Assembly (NCBI GenBank): GCA_965212015.1
Contig: OZ243037.1
Coordinates: 704,001-768,000, forward strand
Direction: 5' to 3'
Source of the DNA: Cenarchaeum sp.
GTDB taxonomy: Archaea > Thermoproteota > Nitrososphaeria > Nitrososphaerales > Nitrosopumilaceae
Length of the DNA: 64,000 nt
Each line of letters starts with the position of its first letter. Position 1 is the first letter of the stretch. This document shows positions 9,893 through 19,823 of the stretch, one piece after another. A program made the translations under genes and the position numbers. Below the pieces are notes generated by a model that saw only the letters and a list, made by a program, of their open reading frames with translations, ran no database searches and was not told where the DNA came from.

Positions 9893-11687
9893 TGCGGATG
9901 CTTATCTCGTCCTGCGAGTGCGCCAGCCTCGAGATCTTTTTTGCAGCAGAGGCGCGCCTTGGCAGCTTTATCTGCCCGTTTCTTCCAATCCGCGAGGAGG
10001 CGACAAAATCCCCGCCTGCAAAGACGTCTGCGTGCATCCGGGCGTACTGTTTGTCGACTGTAAGTACCAGCGCCGACTTTGATTCGGAGAATGTGAACTC
10101 TAGATCCTGCTCCGGGGCCGAATCCGTGCTCTCCACTATGTCTATGTGTATGTTGAGTGACTTTTCTAGCTCGGCAATGTTGGAGCCGCCCCTGCCTATT
10201 ATTCCCCCCATGTGGTGCTTGGCCACATGGACCCTGACGCTGTTCTGCGAGAGTATCTCCACCCTGGCGTGCGGATCAAAGCGCCGAAACGTGTCGCGTA
10301 TGTGATCTTCGGCCAGCTTTTCTACGCCCGTCTTTGCCTCCTGGGTGACTGGAATGATTACATTCTCCTCGCCGAACGTATAGATCTCATACTCTAGCTT
10401 GCCGTCATCAAAGCTGCGTATCTCGATTACCGGCCTCGCAAGGTCCTGCTCTGCCATGCCGGAGGGAACCTTTACTTTGAGCTCCAGCCCGTACACCTTG
10501 TCTATCCTGCCGTCCCTTACGAATACGACAGTATCAAGCACGCTGGGAATCATTCCCATCTCTATCTTTCCTATGAACCGCTGGACTGCGTCTACTGGCG
10601 AGTTGGCGTGCACCACGCCTATCATGCCGACGCCGGAGAGCCGGAGGTCGGCAAAGACCCCAAAGTCCTCCCTTCTGCGCACCTCGTCAAATATGGTGTA
10701 ATCCGGCCGGACCAGCAGCAGCACGTCTGCCGTGTTCTCAAAGCTCCCGTCCAGCTTTGTATACTGGGTGATTCCCGGATCCACCTGCAAGTCGCGCGGC
10801 GACTCGAAGGTCTTTACTATCTTGCCCATGCCGTTGTAAAAGTTGGCCAGCCCGGATGCAAGCGTGCTCTTGCCGGAGCCCGGGGCACCCGATATCAGTA
10901 TCCCCTCTGCCTTTTGCTCCAGTCTTGCCATGAGTTTTTCCGATATGGTATAGTCGTCTAGCGACATCCTTGCCGTCGGATGCACTATGGTAATCTCGTA
11001 TCCCTCAGAGAAGGGCGGCTGCGTGATTGCTATCCTGTAATCGCAGTACTGGATGACTAGCGCCCCGGGCCGGGCTATCTCTGGGCCGGCATCCCTTGTC
11101 TTTGCGGCCTCGACAATCTGCGCGGCTATGTGCCGGAGATAGTCGCGCGAAAGCGCGGTCTTTTCTACTTCGGATAGCTCAAAGGCCCCCGGCGCGCCCC
11201 TTTTTGCCACCGGCGTCATTCCCTCCTTTAGGTGGACGCTCATCGTGTCCCGATCAAAAAACCTTAGAAATTCCAGCTCCTTTTGCTCGCGGTTCTGCAC
11301 GACAAGCCTTGTCGGTATCCCCTCTGCCTCTGCCACCATCGACTGGACCCTGTCAGACGTGTAAAGCGCCGCATCGTCCTGCTTTGCCACGTCCTTAATC
11401 ATTGCGTCAATCCTTCCGCGCGGGGCGAGCCTTACGTCCTCGGCAGTCGGCCTTGCCCCCTTGAAGACCATTCTTATAGAGTGCGCCGCCGAGTCGTCCT
11501 TTATCCTCCTGATCTCCTCGAGGCCGATGATGCCGTATTCCTGTTTTTGGGACGCCTGAGCTCGAAGCTCGTCTATTACCGCCTCTGGTATTATTATCTC
11601 GCATCCGTCAAGGGAGCCTGATTTTACAAGCCGGGCAATCTCGCCGTTTATTATTATGCTGGTATCTAGCACTATCTTTGACAACAT
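9879..11687 (-). CDS. PIN domain ATPase with KH domain (PINA)
   Basis: N-terminal PIN (VLDTS), GAPGSGKS Walker A, FDEVR, IIGRGG KH motif. Confidence 0.92.
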   Translation of the reverse strand: MLSKIVLDTSIIINGEIARLVKSGSLDGCEIIIPEAVIDELRAQASQKQEYGIIGLEEIRRIKDDSAAHSIRMVFKGARPTAEDVRLAPRGRIDAMIKDVAKQDDAALYTSDRVQSMVAEAEGIPTRLVVQNREQKELEFLRFFDRDTMSVHLKEGMTPVAKRGAPGAFELSEVEKTALSRDYLRHIAAQIVEAAKTRDAGPEIARPGALVIQYCDYRIAITQPPFSEGYEITIVHPTARMSLDDYTISEKLMARLEQKAEGILISGAPGSGKSTLASGLANFYNGMGKIVKTFESPRDLQVDPGITQYTKLDGSFENTADVLLLVRPDYTIFDEVRRREDFGVFADLRLSGVGMIGVVHANSPVDAVQRFIGKIEMGMIPSVLDTVVFVRDGRIDKVYGLELKVKVPSGMAEQDLARPVIEIRSFDDGKLEYEIYTFGEENVIIPVTQEAKTGVEKLAEDHIRDTFRRFDPHARVEILSQNSVRVHVAKHHMGGIIGRGGSNIAELEKSLNIHIDIVESTDSAPEQDLEFTFSESKSALVLTVDKQYARMHADVFAGGDFVASSRIGRNGQIKLPRRASAAKKISRLAHSQDEISIRTRDF

Positions 11688-11791
11688 GGTGACTGGGAAT
11701 GGGGGCGCTTTTAATCATATCTGGAGGCGGCGGGGGCCTCGTCTGGGGCGACTCGACACACTCTAAATAGCACCGCAGTGTATTTCACGCA

Positions 11792-12094
11792 TTGATTCTT
11801 TTTAACAGGAAAATGCTTGCCGGTGGATCTGCAATGCTTGCAACAGGCATACTGGTGTCGCTTTACCTCAATGCGATATCGCCGGTGGGGACGCCCGGTA
11901 TGACAGAAGACGAGGCGCTGCGGCTGATTCTGGAGCAGCAGGAAAACCAGGACTTTGGCACGCTGGCAGGAATCCTGACTGCCGTCGGCTTTATGCTGGT
12001 ACTGATCAGCTTTGGGGCAAGGCGGAGGGGCGGCGCGCCCAAAAAGGAGGAAAAACAGCCCGGCGATCCCCGCGAACCTGCCGCCGCCGGCTAG
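11792..12094 (+). CDS. Small two-TM hypothetical protein
   Basis: Two hydrophobic segments, basic C-terminus. Confidence 0.7.
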   Translation: MILFNRKMLAGGSAMLATGILVSLYLNAISPVGTPGMTEDEALRLILEQQENQDFGTLAGILTAVGFMLVLISFGARRRGGAPKKEEKQPGDPREPAAAG

Positions 12095-12096
12095 CG

Positions 12097-13194
12097 CTAG
12101 AACCTGCGGATGATCTCAAAATGCGTGTTTCTCTGCGCCGGAGTGCGCTTGATCTCCCTTACCATGTTTGCAAGCTCGACTAGCGAAGAGTTGGTGGGCT
12201 TGCCTGCCGCGCGGTAAATCTCCTCAGAGAACGCAGTCCCGACAAGATCGTTTCCGCCGTTGGAGAGCGCCACCTGCGCCAGCTTTTTGCCGTATGCCAC
12301 CCAGTATACCGAGATGTTGTCTAGCACGCCTGCCAGCATGATGCGCGAAAGCGCCGTTACCTTGAGATCGTATATCGAGGAGCATTCGTGCGTGACGAGG
12401 TTCTTTTGCTCCAGCTCTGTGTTATCAAGGCTGAACTTTAGCGGGATAAACGTGATAAAGCCGCCGGTCTTTTTTTGCAGCTCCCTGATTTTGATCAGGT
12501 GGTCTATTATGTGCTCGGGCTTTTCAATGTGCCCGTACAGCATTGTGGCGTTGCTTTTGATCCCGAGGCTGTGGGCCTGCCCGATGGTGTCCAGCCATTC
12601 CTGTCCCGTGCACTTGCCGCGTACTATGTCCTTGCGCACGTCGGGATGGAACAGCTCGGCGCCGCCGCCGGGCATTGAGTCCAGTCCGGCGTCCTTTAGC
12701 CTGCAGAGAATCTCCCTGACCGGCGTCTTTGTAAGCCGGGACAAAAAGAATATCTCGGCGGCGGTAAATGCCTTTATGTTGAGTTCCGGGTGGTTCTTTT
12801 TGATTGCCCGCATCATGTCCTCATAGTATTCCAGCGGCAGGTCCGGGTGAAACCCGCCGACTATGTGCACCTCAGTCGATCCCATTTTTTTTGCCTGCGC
12901 CGCCCTGAGCTCTATCTGCTCTGGCGTGAGCGTGTATGCGTCGTCCTCGCCGCCCTTGCGGTAAAACGCGCACATTTGGCAGCTGGCCGCGCACACGTTG
13001 GTATAGTTCATGTAGTATGATGCGGCAAACGTGACTGTCTGTCCTGCGCGCCTTTTTCTGATCATGTCGGCAAGCGCGCCTAGCACGTGCACATTGTCAT
13101 GGTTTATCAGCTCCATTCCGTCATCAAATGAAAGCTCCTCGCCTGCCTGTATCCTCTCAAAGGAGCGCAATTTTCCGACTAGCTGCTCTAACAC
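12097..13194 (-). CDS. mqnE: Radical SAM aminofutalosine synthase-like (CofH/MqnE family)
   Basis: CxxxCxxC, HIVGG.HP, KAFTAAEI, GGGAELF, SNATMLYGHIE; GTG start inferred. Confidence 0.8.
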   Translation of the reverse strand: MLEQLVGKLRSFERIQAGEELSFDDGMELINHDNVHVLGALADMIRKRRAGQTVTFAASYYMNYTNVCAASCQMCAFYRKGGEDDAYTLTPEQIELRAAQAKKMGSTEVHIVGGFHPDLPLEYYEDMMRAIKKNHPELNIKAFTAAEIFFLSRLTKTPVREILCRLKDAGLDSMPGGGAELFHPDVRKDIVRGKCTGQEWLDTIGQAHSLGIKSNATMLYGHIEKPEHIIDHLIKIRELQKKTGGFITFIPLKFSLDNTELEQKNLVTHECSSIYDLKVTALSRIMLAGVLDNISVYWVAYGKKLAQVALSNGGNDLVGTAFSEEIYRAAGKPTNSSLVELANMVREIKRTPAQRNTHFEIIRRF

Positions 13195-13367
13195 GTTGCT
13201 AGGTGTGACCCCGTTCGAATATATATCTGACACAGGGCAGCAGAAATTCCTGCGCCAAAAGACGCGCCTGACTGCGCCGACAGGCGGCATTGCGCCGGCA
13301 GGCGGCGGTTTTTGGGCGTTCTGCCGTGCAACCATAACTTTTTAAGGAAAATTCTGCACGTATCGTC

Positions 13368-13538
13368 ATGAGCGACGAGGCAGAGACCATATACGAGCGG
13401 GTGGCCAAGCTAGAAGACGAGATTGCCGTGCTCCGCAACGAGGTGGACGTGCTAAAGGGCGCGCTCAGAAACAAGATAGCCCGCCACGAGGTAAAGATGA
13501 TAAAGAGCGGAACCGACGTCAGCTCGATCATCGACTAG
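13368..13538 (+). CDS. Small coiled-coil protein (56 aa, not in ORF track)
   Basis: MSDEAETIYERVAKLEDEIAVLRNEVDVLKGALRNK...; TATA-like TTTTAAG upstream; fills intergenic gap. Confidence 0.7.
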   Translation: MSDEAETIYERVAKLEDEIAVLRNEVDVLKGALRNKIARHEVKMIKSGTDVSSIID

Positions 13539-13551
13539 CTGTTTTGCGGCC

Positions 13552-14886
13552 CTATCTTTTTGGCGGATTTGCAAACCTGTTGTCAGGATTGTTGTGATAG
13601 TCCACAGAAAGCATGGGATCCTTTTGCCTGCCAGTCAGGATGCCAACGACGGTGTCGTCCCTTTTTATTATCTCCTCGGAGGCGAGTTTTTTTATTCCGG
13701 CCAGTGCGGCGCCGGAGGCCATCTCGCAGTCAAACCCGTTGAGGCCGACTACTGCCATTCCGTCTAGCATCTCGGCGTCTGAAACGGTGGTGGCCACCCC
13801 GTCAGAGTATTCGAGTGCGCGGAGTCCCTTGAGTATGTTTGCCGGCCTTCCAATCTGTATTGCAGTGGCCATAGTCTTCGGTCTGGAGCCGCTTGCGTCA
13901 AGACTTGCGTAATACCTGGCGATCAGCTCCCCGTTTGGCCTGCCCTTGTTCCATCGCAGCTCCTCGCCTTCGAACCCTCCGTTGTACAGGTCCGAAAACG
14001 TGCTTGCCCCACTCGCGTTTACCACTGCGATTCTGGGAATTTTTTTAATCCACCCCCACTCGTAGAGCTCCATTAGCGCCTTGCCGCAGCTCGACGTGTT
14101 TCCAAGCGCGCCGCCGGGATATACAATCCAGTCCGGCGCCTCCCATTTCAGGTATTCCAGGGCCCTGATCGGGATCGTCTTTTGCCCCTCTATCCTAAAC
14201 GGGTTGATAGAGTTTACCGTATAACCCCCGCGCTTTTTTGCGTCATCCAGCGACTGTTTTAAGGCGTCATCAAAATTCCCGTCGACTTCGATTATCTGGG
14301 TTCCGAACTGGTACGCCTGGCTGAGCTTTCCGGGGGCAATCTGTCCTGCGGGAATGTACACGTCGCAGTCAATCCCCTCGTTTGCCGCAAACATGCCTGC
14401 AGAGGCCGACGTGTTTCCAGTTGACGCGCAGACGATCTTTTTTGCAGACACCATCTTTGCGTGCGTGACTGCGGTGGCCATCCCGTTGTCCTTAAAGGAG
14501 CCGCTTGGATTGTAGCCCTCCGGCTGCAGCCACAGGCCCTCCTGCGGGAATCCGACAAACTCGGATGCCTTGGTCATGTGGTACGGCTTTGACTGCCTTC
14601 CCTCTGCGCCGTCTAGCGACACTAGGTGTCTGGAGCACTCTTGCAGCTCGTCAGGCGCAATCCCGCAAAAGTTGATCAGCTCCCTGAACCTCCACACGCC
14701 GCTCTCGTTGAATATGCTTCCCCTAGAGTCCCTCCGCGCAAGAAACGTCTCCTTGAGGCCAGGCTGCGGCGCGTCTTTGTACCTTACGTCAAGCAGGTGT
14801 CCGCGTTCGCACTCTATGCGCGTGCTGTTTACCGGATACTCTAGGCCGCAGCGCGAGTCGATGCACCGGAGGTATGATTCCTGCAT
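13552..14886 (-). CDS. thrC: Threonine synthase
   Basis: NPSGSFKD PLP lysine, CASTGNTSAS, NSINPFRIEGQKT. Confidence 0.92.
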   Translation of the reverse strand: MQESYLRCIDSRCGLEYPVNSTRIECERGHLLDVRYKDAPQPGLKETFLARRDSRGSIFNESGVWRFRELINFCGIAPDELQECSRHLVSLDGAEGRQSKPYHMTKASEFVGFPQEGLWLQPEGYNPSGSFKDNGMATAVTHAKMVSAKKIVCASTGNTSASAGMFAANEGIDCDVYIPAGQIAPGKLSQAYQFGTQIIEVDGNFDDALKQSLDDAKKRGGYTVNSINPFRIEGQKTIPIRALEYLKWEAPDWIVYPGGALGNTSSCGKALMELYEWGWIKKIPRIAVVNASGASTFSDLYNGGFEGEELRWNKGRPNGELIARYYASLDASGSRPKTMATAIQIGRPANILKGLRALEYSDGVATTVSDAEMLDGMAVVGLNGFDCEMASGAALAGIKKLASEEIIKRDDTVVGILTGRQKDPMLSVDYHNNPDNRFANPPKR

Positions 14887-14972
14887 AGCTAGCATGGCGG
14901 CAAACATGTAATATTAAGTTACAAGGAAACCCGGGGCGATTCAGTTAAACTCTAAAAGAGGCGCAGCCTGCC

Positions 14973-15362
14973 TTGGGGTTGATGCTAACGTTTGGCCGGT
15001 ATGTCCACGGCGTTCTGGCGCAGATCAAATCCTCGTACGACGTCTTTGAGGGACTCGAGGATGAGCCGGGGAGCTTGGATGTGCTAAGAAGGGAGTGGCT
15101 CAAGGCCAGCGCACTGCTAAGCTCGCTGGCCAGGCGCATAGAAAGCTCCGAGAAGACAGGCGACGTGTACCTTGATCTGGCAAGGCGGTGCAGGTATTAT
15201 ACTGAAAACTATTACTTTGACAAAGAGATTGACACAATGTCCGGCCTGTACTCAGGCGACTCGCACAGGATCAAAAACATCAGGCTCAAGATACTCGACT
15301 CGTTTGCAGACAGAAAGCTCATCGAGCACATCTGCCGCACAATGGAGAAGCTGGACGGCTAG
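14973..15362 (+). CDS. Hypothetical protein
   Basis: Host-like ORF, divergent from thrC. Confidence 0.65.
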   Translation: MGLMLTFGRYVHGVLAQIKSSYDVFEGLEDEPGSLDVLRREWLKASALLSSLARRIESSEKTGDVYLDLARRCRYYTENYYFDKEIDTMSGLYSGDSHRIKNIRLKILDSFADRKLIEHICRTMEKLDG

Positions 15363-15363
15363 C

Positions 15364-15459
15364 ATGGCCGCAAAACGGTGCGTATTGTGCGGGTGCGGGG
15401 ATCACCGCCTGATTGGATGCGCAAGGCATGCGGCAAAAAAATGCAGCTGCTATGCATGA
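15364..15459 (+). CDS. Putative 31-aa Cys-rich micro-protein
   Basis: MAAKRCVLCGCGDHRLIGCARHAAKKCSCYA; ATG 1 nt after upstream stop. Confidence 0.4.
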   Translation: MAAKRCVLCGCGDHRLIGCARHAAKKCSCYA

Positions 15460-15469
15460 ACGGTCTGCG

Positions 15470-15595
15470 TCAGCCGTGCTGCGCCTTTGCCTTGGAGCCG
15501 GACCGTGTGTGAAAGTTTATGCAGCAGGCGCACTCTTTGCTGACGCACTCCTTTTCTGAAAAGTGCCCGCATATTCCGCATTCACAGCTTGACAT
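15470..15595 (-). CDS. Putative 41-aa Cys-rich metal-binding micro-protein
   Basis: MSSCECGICGHFSEKECVSKECACCINFH; TTATAAG TATA-like box about 25 nt upstream. Confidence 0.6.
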   Translation of the reverse strand: MSSCECGICGHFSEKECVSKECACCINFHTRSGSKAKAQHG

Positions 15596-15664
15596 GTGTT
15601 TGATTGCCGCCCTGTAGCTTATAACTATCGGCCTAATTTTTTGCGGTTTTTTGCTCAAAATTCG

Positions 15665-15991
15665 TCATTTTTTGGATCTTGATCTCTTTGTCTTTCTTGA
15701 GGATTCGGCGTGGTTTGAGAGCTCTTGCTCCATCTCGGCTGCCTTGCTGTCCACGACCCTGATGATCTCCTGGATGAGCCCGTCTAGGTCGCCGTCTGTG
15801 GCCTCCGGCTCTACGGCCGTGGATATCTCGCGTATGGCCGAGGATATCTCGGAGCTTACCTGCTCAAAGCCCTCAGGATCCTCGTATGCCACAGCATACA
15901 GGCTTTTGAGGTTGTTTACGTGTATTATCACTTGGTCAGTCAGCGTTATCCTGAATTTTTTGCCGTTGACCTCTATCTGCTTTGTAATCAT
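15665..15991 (-). CDS. Hypothetical protein
   Basis: Host-like ORF with TTTAAG box upstream. Confidence 0.75.
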   Translation of the reverse strand: MITKQIEVNGKKFRITLTDQVIIHVNNLKSLYAVAYEDPEGFEQVSSEISSAIREISTAVEPEATDGDLDGLIQEIIRVVDSKAAEMEQELSNHAESSRKTKRSRSKK

Positions 15992-16039
15992 GTGTGCATG
16001 TTTTTGAATCCTAGTCCTTAAAACCCTTCTTACATGTTT

Positions 16040-16576
16040 TCAAAAGACTATGTAGTCCAGCGCTATGGCGTCGCTGATAAGCGACGTATGGCGGGAGCTT
16101 GCCACGTACCCGTTTTTGATGTCATCTGCCGGCACCCACCTGTTGGTGGACGTATAGTGTCTCTTTTCTGCAAGCTCTTTTTCGATCGCCTGTATGTCAA
16201 ACTCTCCCTCCTCGATCTGCTGGGATTCCAGGTGCTTTATGGTGACTAGTATCTTGTTTATCTTGGCCCGGTTGCCAAGCTTCCACACAGTGGGGGCCTT
16301 TTCGTCGGACACCTCCAGCACCTTGATCTTCATCTCTTTTCTGCCAAACGCATCCCTGCTGATTATCATCCTCTCGTCTATGAATTCGTCAAGGACGTAC
16401 TTTTTGTCAGAATAATCAGACCTGGCCTCCCTTGGCTCTAGCAGTGATTTTATCGCATCATCAATCACCGGCTTTGCACGGTCCTGCTCTTTTTCTGCGG
16501 GCCCGTCCCCGTGCTGCTGCCCGACCGGCGGATCGTATGCCGGATCCTTGTCCCGGCCTTTTTTTCTGTCATCCAT
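16040..16576 (-). CDS. Hypothetical protein
   Basis: ORF from MDDRKKG; start inferred. Confidence 0.7.
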   Translation of the reverse strand: MDDRKKGRDKDPAYDPPVGQQHGDGPAEKEQDRAKPVIDDAIKSLLEPREARSDYSDKKYVLDEFIDERMIISRDAFGRKEMKIKVLEVSDEKAPTVWKLGNRAKINKILVTIKHLESQQIEEGEFDIQAIEKELAEKRHYTSTNRWVPADDIKNGYVASSRHTSLISDAIALDYIVF

Positions 16577-16616
16577 GCGGTATGGTTGTACCCTAGCACT
16601 AAAAAATGATGTGGAT

Positions 16617-17174
16617 CTAGGGCAGGCGGTGGCGCGATTCGAAGGGCATTTTGTGATCCGCAAGGCCGATCTGCTGCCCTCTGCCCCCGTCGTATGCGTA
16701 TGTCTTGCCCTCGTAGGTGCAGATGCAGTCGCTGAGCTGGCGCCGGGGATCCCACACCTTGAAGAATTCCCTTAGCTGCCTGCTCCTGTACACGCCCGTG
16801 CCGATTCGCTTTTTCGAGAGGAACTTGAATGCCAGGATTATGGTGCGGAACCGGTACAGCTCAAAGGTGTCCGTCCATCTGAGGCAGCGCTCTATCTGAT
16901 CGGAGGGGACGTGCAGCGTCACGGCGGTGCCTGATTTGGCCTCTATGACAAACAGCGAATTGTCCCTTGTGCTGACTGCCAGTATGTCTGGCAGCGCCAC
17001 ACTAGGCGAGCCCAGCCGGAACGCATTCCAGCCGCTGGCCGCATTAAAGCGTTTTACGATTGTGTCCTCCCAGTGGTATCCGCGCTGCCGCCGTATCCGG
17101 GAGATCTTTTGGTTGTCCTTGTGCTTTTGGAGTGTGAGTGTTTTTGGACGCTGATGCATGGGCATTGTTGTCAT
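16617..17174 (-). CDS. Hjc-like Holliday junction resolvase (PD-(D/E)xK)
   Basis: RGYHWE, LPDILAV, VIEAKS. Confidence 0.8.
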   Translation of the reverse strand: MTTMPMHQRPKTLTLQKHKDNQKISRIRRQRGYHWEDTIVKRFNAASGWNAFRLGSPSVALPDILAVSTRDNSLFVIEAKSGTAVTLHVPSDQIERCLRWTDTFELYRFRTIILAFKFLSKKRIGTGVYRSRQLREFFKVWDPRRQLSDCICTYEGKTYAYDGGRGQQIGLADHKMPFESRHRLP

Positions 17175-17235
17175 CCGTCATGTAAAACAGTGTGGTAATT
17201 ACATAATATCCCAAAAACTCTTGACTCGCGCGCAG

Positions 17236-17547
17236 CTAGTCGTCGATCGGACCCCGTACTAGCTCAAAACGATAGCGGCCAGGCGCGCCGCCTTGCAACA
17301 GCCTTACCTGCTGGCCTATCTTGGGCGCCGGCGTCAAAAGCGAGCCCATTATTCGTACCGCCGGGCCAAACTCTGCCAGGCAGAAATATACGCCATTCTT
17401 TCTAGAGAACTCGATTATTTTTCCCGTTTTTGCGAGACTCTGCCTGCCCGTGGGGCCAAAGCACCTGCTGCAGATCTCGTTGGGCGGCCAGGTGCCGGCG
17501 CCGCATCTCAGGCAGACGCTTATCTCCGGTACGCCATCTGGTTTCAT
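17236..17547 (-). CDS. DUF35-type Zn-ribbon/OB-fold protein
   Basis: CLRCG..WPP...CSRC; coupled to thiolase. Confidence 0.85.
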   Translation of the reverse strand: MKPDGVPEISVCLRCGAGTWPPNEICSRCFGPTGRQSLAKTGKIIEFSRKNGVYFCLAEFGPAVRIMGSLLTPAPKIGQQVRLLQGGAPGRYRFELVRGPIDD

Positions 17548-18653
17548 GATTCCAAGACCAGCACGGTGGAGGACGTTGCGGCAGCAGACATGTTGTGCAC
17601 CATGCCCGTACTGGCGTTTCGCACCTGCCTTTTTTGCGCCCCGTTTTGCAGCTGAGCTGCTATCTCGGCTGTCTGGGCTATGCCGGTGGCGCCCAGCGGA
17701 TGGCCAGAGCCGATAAGGCCCCCCCTCGGGTTTACAAAGTTCTCTTGTGTTTCATAGAGATTCCTCGAGAATGCCGCGCCTTTTCCCTTTTGCGCAAACC
17801 CCAGATCCTCCAGCGCCAGCGGCTCGCAGACGCTAAAGGCATCGTGCAGCTCTACTACGTCAATGTCTGCCGGGGTTTTTTTCGACATTTCAAGGGCGAC
17901 GTTTTTGGCCTCGACTGTGGATTCCATCCTTGCAAGATCCCCGCTTTTTGCAAACCCCGCAGACGTGGTCTTTTGGCCTATTCCCGTAATCCATACCGGC
18001 GAATCGGTAAATCCGGGTGCCGCAGCCTCAGAAGCAAGCAGTACCGCAGAGGATCCGGTGCAAGGCCTTGAGCAGTCGTAAAGGCTTAGATCATCTGTAA
18101 GCTTGCGGGAGCCGAGAACGTCTCCTATCGTGGGCGCCATCTCCGAGTATGCGTGCGGGTTGTGCCTTGCATTGCGGTGGTTTTTGGCAGGCACGCACGC
18201 CAGATCCTCGCTTGTGGCCCCGAACCTGCGCTTGTAGGATTTCGTAAAGATGGACGCCCAAAAGACCGGGTGCCGGAACTCGCCTCTTGATTCGTCCCAT
18301 TCCAGCACGTGGCCGGGGCCGTCAAACCTGTCTGCGCCTGCGACTAGCACCGTGTCTGCAAGGCCGGACGCTATGTATGACGCGCCGGAGACTATGGCAT
18401 TCGTGCCAGAGTTGCACATGCTCTCCACCGTATGGGATATTGCCGGTGAGATTCCCGCCATCTCTGAGAGAATCGCCGCCAGGTACTTTGTATTGTCGTT
18501 GGTGGAGACTAGCACGCCGCCGACGTCCTTTTGGGACAGGTTCCTTGTATTCTCAAACAAGTCCCTTACGGATTCCAAAAGCTTTTGTCCTATTGTCTGG
18601 TCCTCACGGGAGAATTTCGTGCCGCCAAAGCCGGCAACTGCCACCCTGTTCAA
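17544..18653 (-). CDS. Thiolase family protein
   Basis: ESMCNSG, ELHDAF, NPRGGLIGSGHPLGATG. Confidence 0.92.
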   Translation of the reverse strand: MNRVAVAGFGGTKFSREDQTIGQKLLESVRDLFENTRNLSQKDVGGVLVSTNDNTKYLAAILSEMAGISPAISHTVESMCNSGTNAIVSGASYIASGLADTVLVAGADRFDGPGHVLEWDESRGEFRHPVFWASIFTKSYKRRFGATSEDLACVPAKNHRNARHNPHAYSEMAPTIGDVLGSRKLTDDLSLYDCSRPCTGSSAVLLASEAAAPGFTDSPVWITGIGQKTTSAGFAKSGDLARMESTVEAKNVALEMSKKTPADIDVVELHDAFSVCEPLALEDLGFAQKGKGAAFSRNLYETQENFVNPRGGLIGSGHPLGATGIAQTAEIAAQLQNGAQKRQVRNASTGMVHNMSAAATSSTVLVLES

Positions 18654-19612
18654 TTCCGATCACCTGAAAAGACCGACGTCATCAGCCTGAAGGACTCGAC
18701 GGTGTCGCCCACAGGGTTGAACTGTATGATTGGAAGATCTATTCCCGTTTCCGTGAATTTTTTTAGCCCCGCCAGGCACTCGTCGGGCGTGCCGTGTATT
18801 GCAAGGGCGTCTGCCATGGAATCGGAAACCAGCCCGGCGTCACTGGCCTTTGACTTTGCAAACTCGTCATAGATGAGCTCAGTCTCCCTTTTGAATCCGT
18901 TTTGTGCGAGAAAATCCCTGTATATCTTGCCGACTGACACGTAAAAGGCGATCGTCTCCTTTGCGCGCGCCGTCGCCTTTTCCCCGTCGTGCGACATTGC
19001 GGTGATTATCTGGCACGTGGTGTCCATGTTTTTTGCGCGCATTCTTGCCGCCGTTTTTTTCAGCTCGTCGACGGGCCTGAGATAGAATATTATCCCGTCT
19101 GCTATCTCCGATGCCAGCCCGATCATCCTTTCGTTTACTGCGGCCATGTATATCGGAATCCTGTCCCGGAACGGCCTTGTGAGCAGCGAAAATCCCCTGA
19201 GGTTGAAAAACTCCCCGCTGTGATCAATCCTGCCGCCCGAGGTCACCTTTCTTATCACCTCGACGTATTCGCGCATCCTCTCAAGCGGCCTCTGAAAGCC
19301 CACCCCGTGCAGGTTCTCCGTGATTGCAGGGCTGCTTGTGCCCAGTCCCAGAACCAGCCTGCCCTGCGAGACGGTATCGACTGTTACTGCCCCCATTCCG
19401 ATGAGTGCGGGACTCCGCGAATAGACATTGATGACAGACGAGCCGATTTTGGAGCCTACCCTCTGCGATATCGCGCCAAGCATCGAAAAGCACTCCATCC
19501 CCCACGTCTCTGGAACCCATACCGTGTCGGGATTCTTTTTTCGAAGCATGTCGGCGCATTCCAGCACCTGTCCTATGGAGAGAAGCGAGCCCAAGCTGTA
19601 CGATAGCCTCAT
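18650..19612 (-). CDS. LLM-class (F420-dependent) oxidoreductase
   Basis: WVPETWG, GRLVLGLGTS, ASEIADG. Confidence 0.88.
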   Translation of the reverse strand: MRLSYSLGSLLSIGQVLECADMLRKKNPDTVWVPETWGMECFSMLGAISQRVGSKIGSSVINVYSRSPALIGMGAVTVDTVSQGRLVLGLGTSSPAITENLHGVGFQRPLERMREYVEVIRKVTSGGRIDHSGEFFNLRGFSLLTRPFRDRIPIYMAAVNERMIGLASEIADGIIFYLRPVDELKKTAARMRAKNMDTTCQIITAMSHDGEKATARAKETIAFYVSVGKIYRDFLAQNGFKRETELIYDEFAKSKASDAGLVSDSMADALAIHGTPDECLAGLKKFTETGIDLPIIQFNPVGDTVESFRLMTSVFSGDRN

Positions 19613-19823
19613 GGCTCTATGGGTGCGGCCATTCTAGTTTAACTGTTAGTCTCGAATTTTTTCTCTCGCCGGCACCGCTCCGGGCTCTGCCGATCCCAGT
19701 TGGGCGGGCAATGCCAGATGCGTGCGGGATTGCCCCAGAGAGAATGCGGCCAAGGCCGGCAGGGGGTTATGCGCGGCAATACGGCCGGGCCTGCCGCATG
19801 CAGGCGCCGGCGATGCGGCATGC

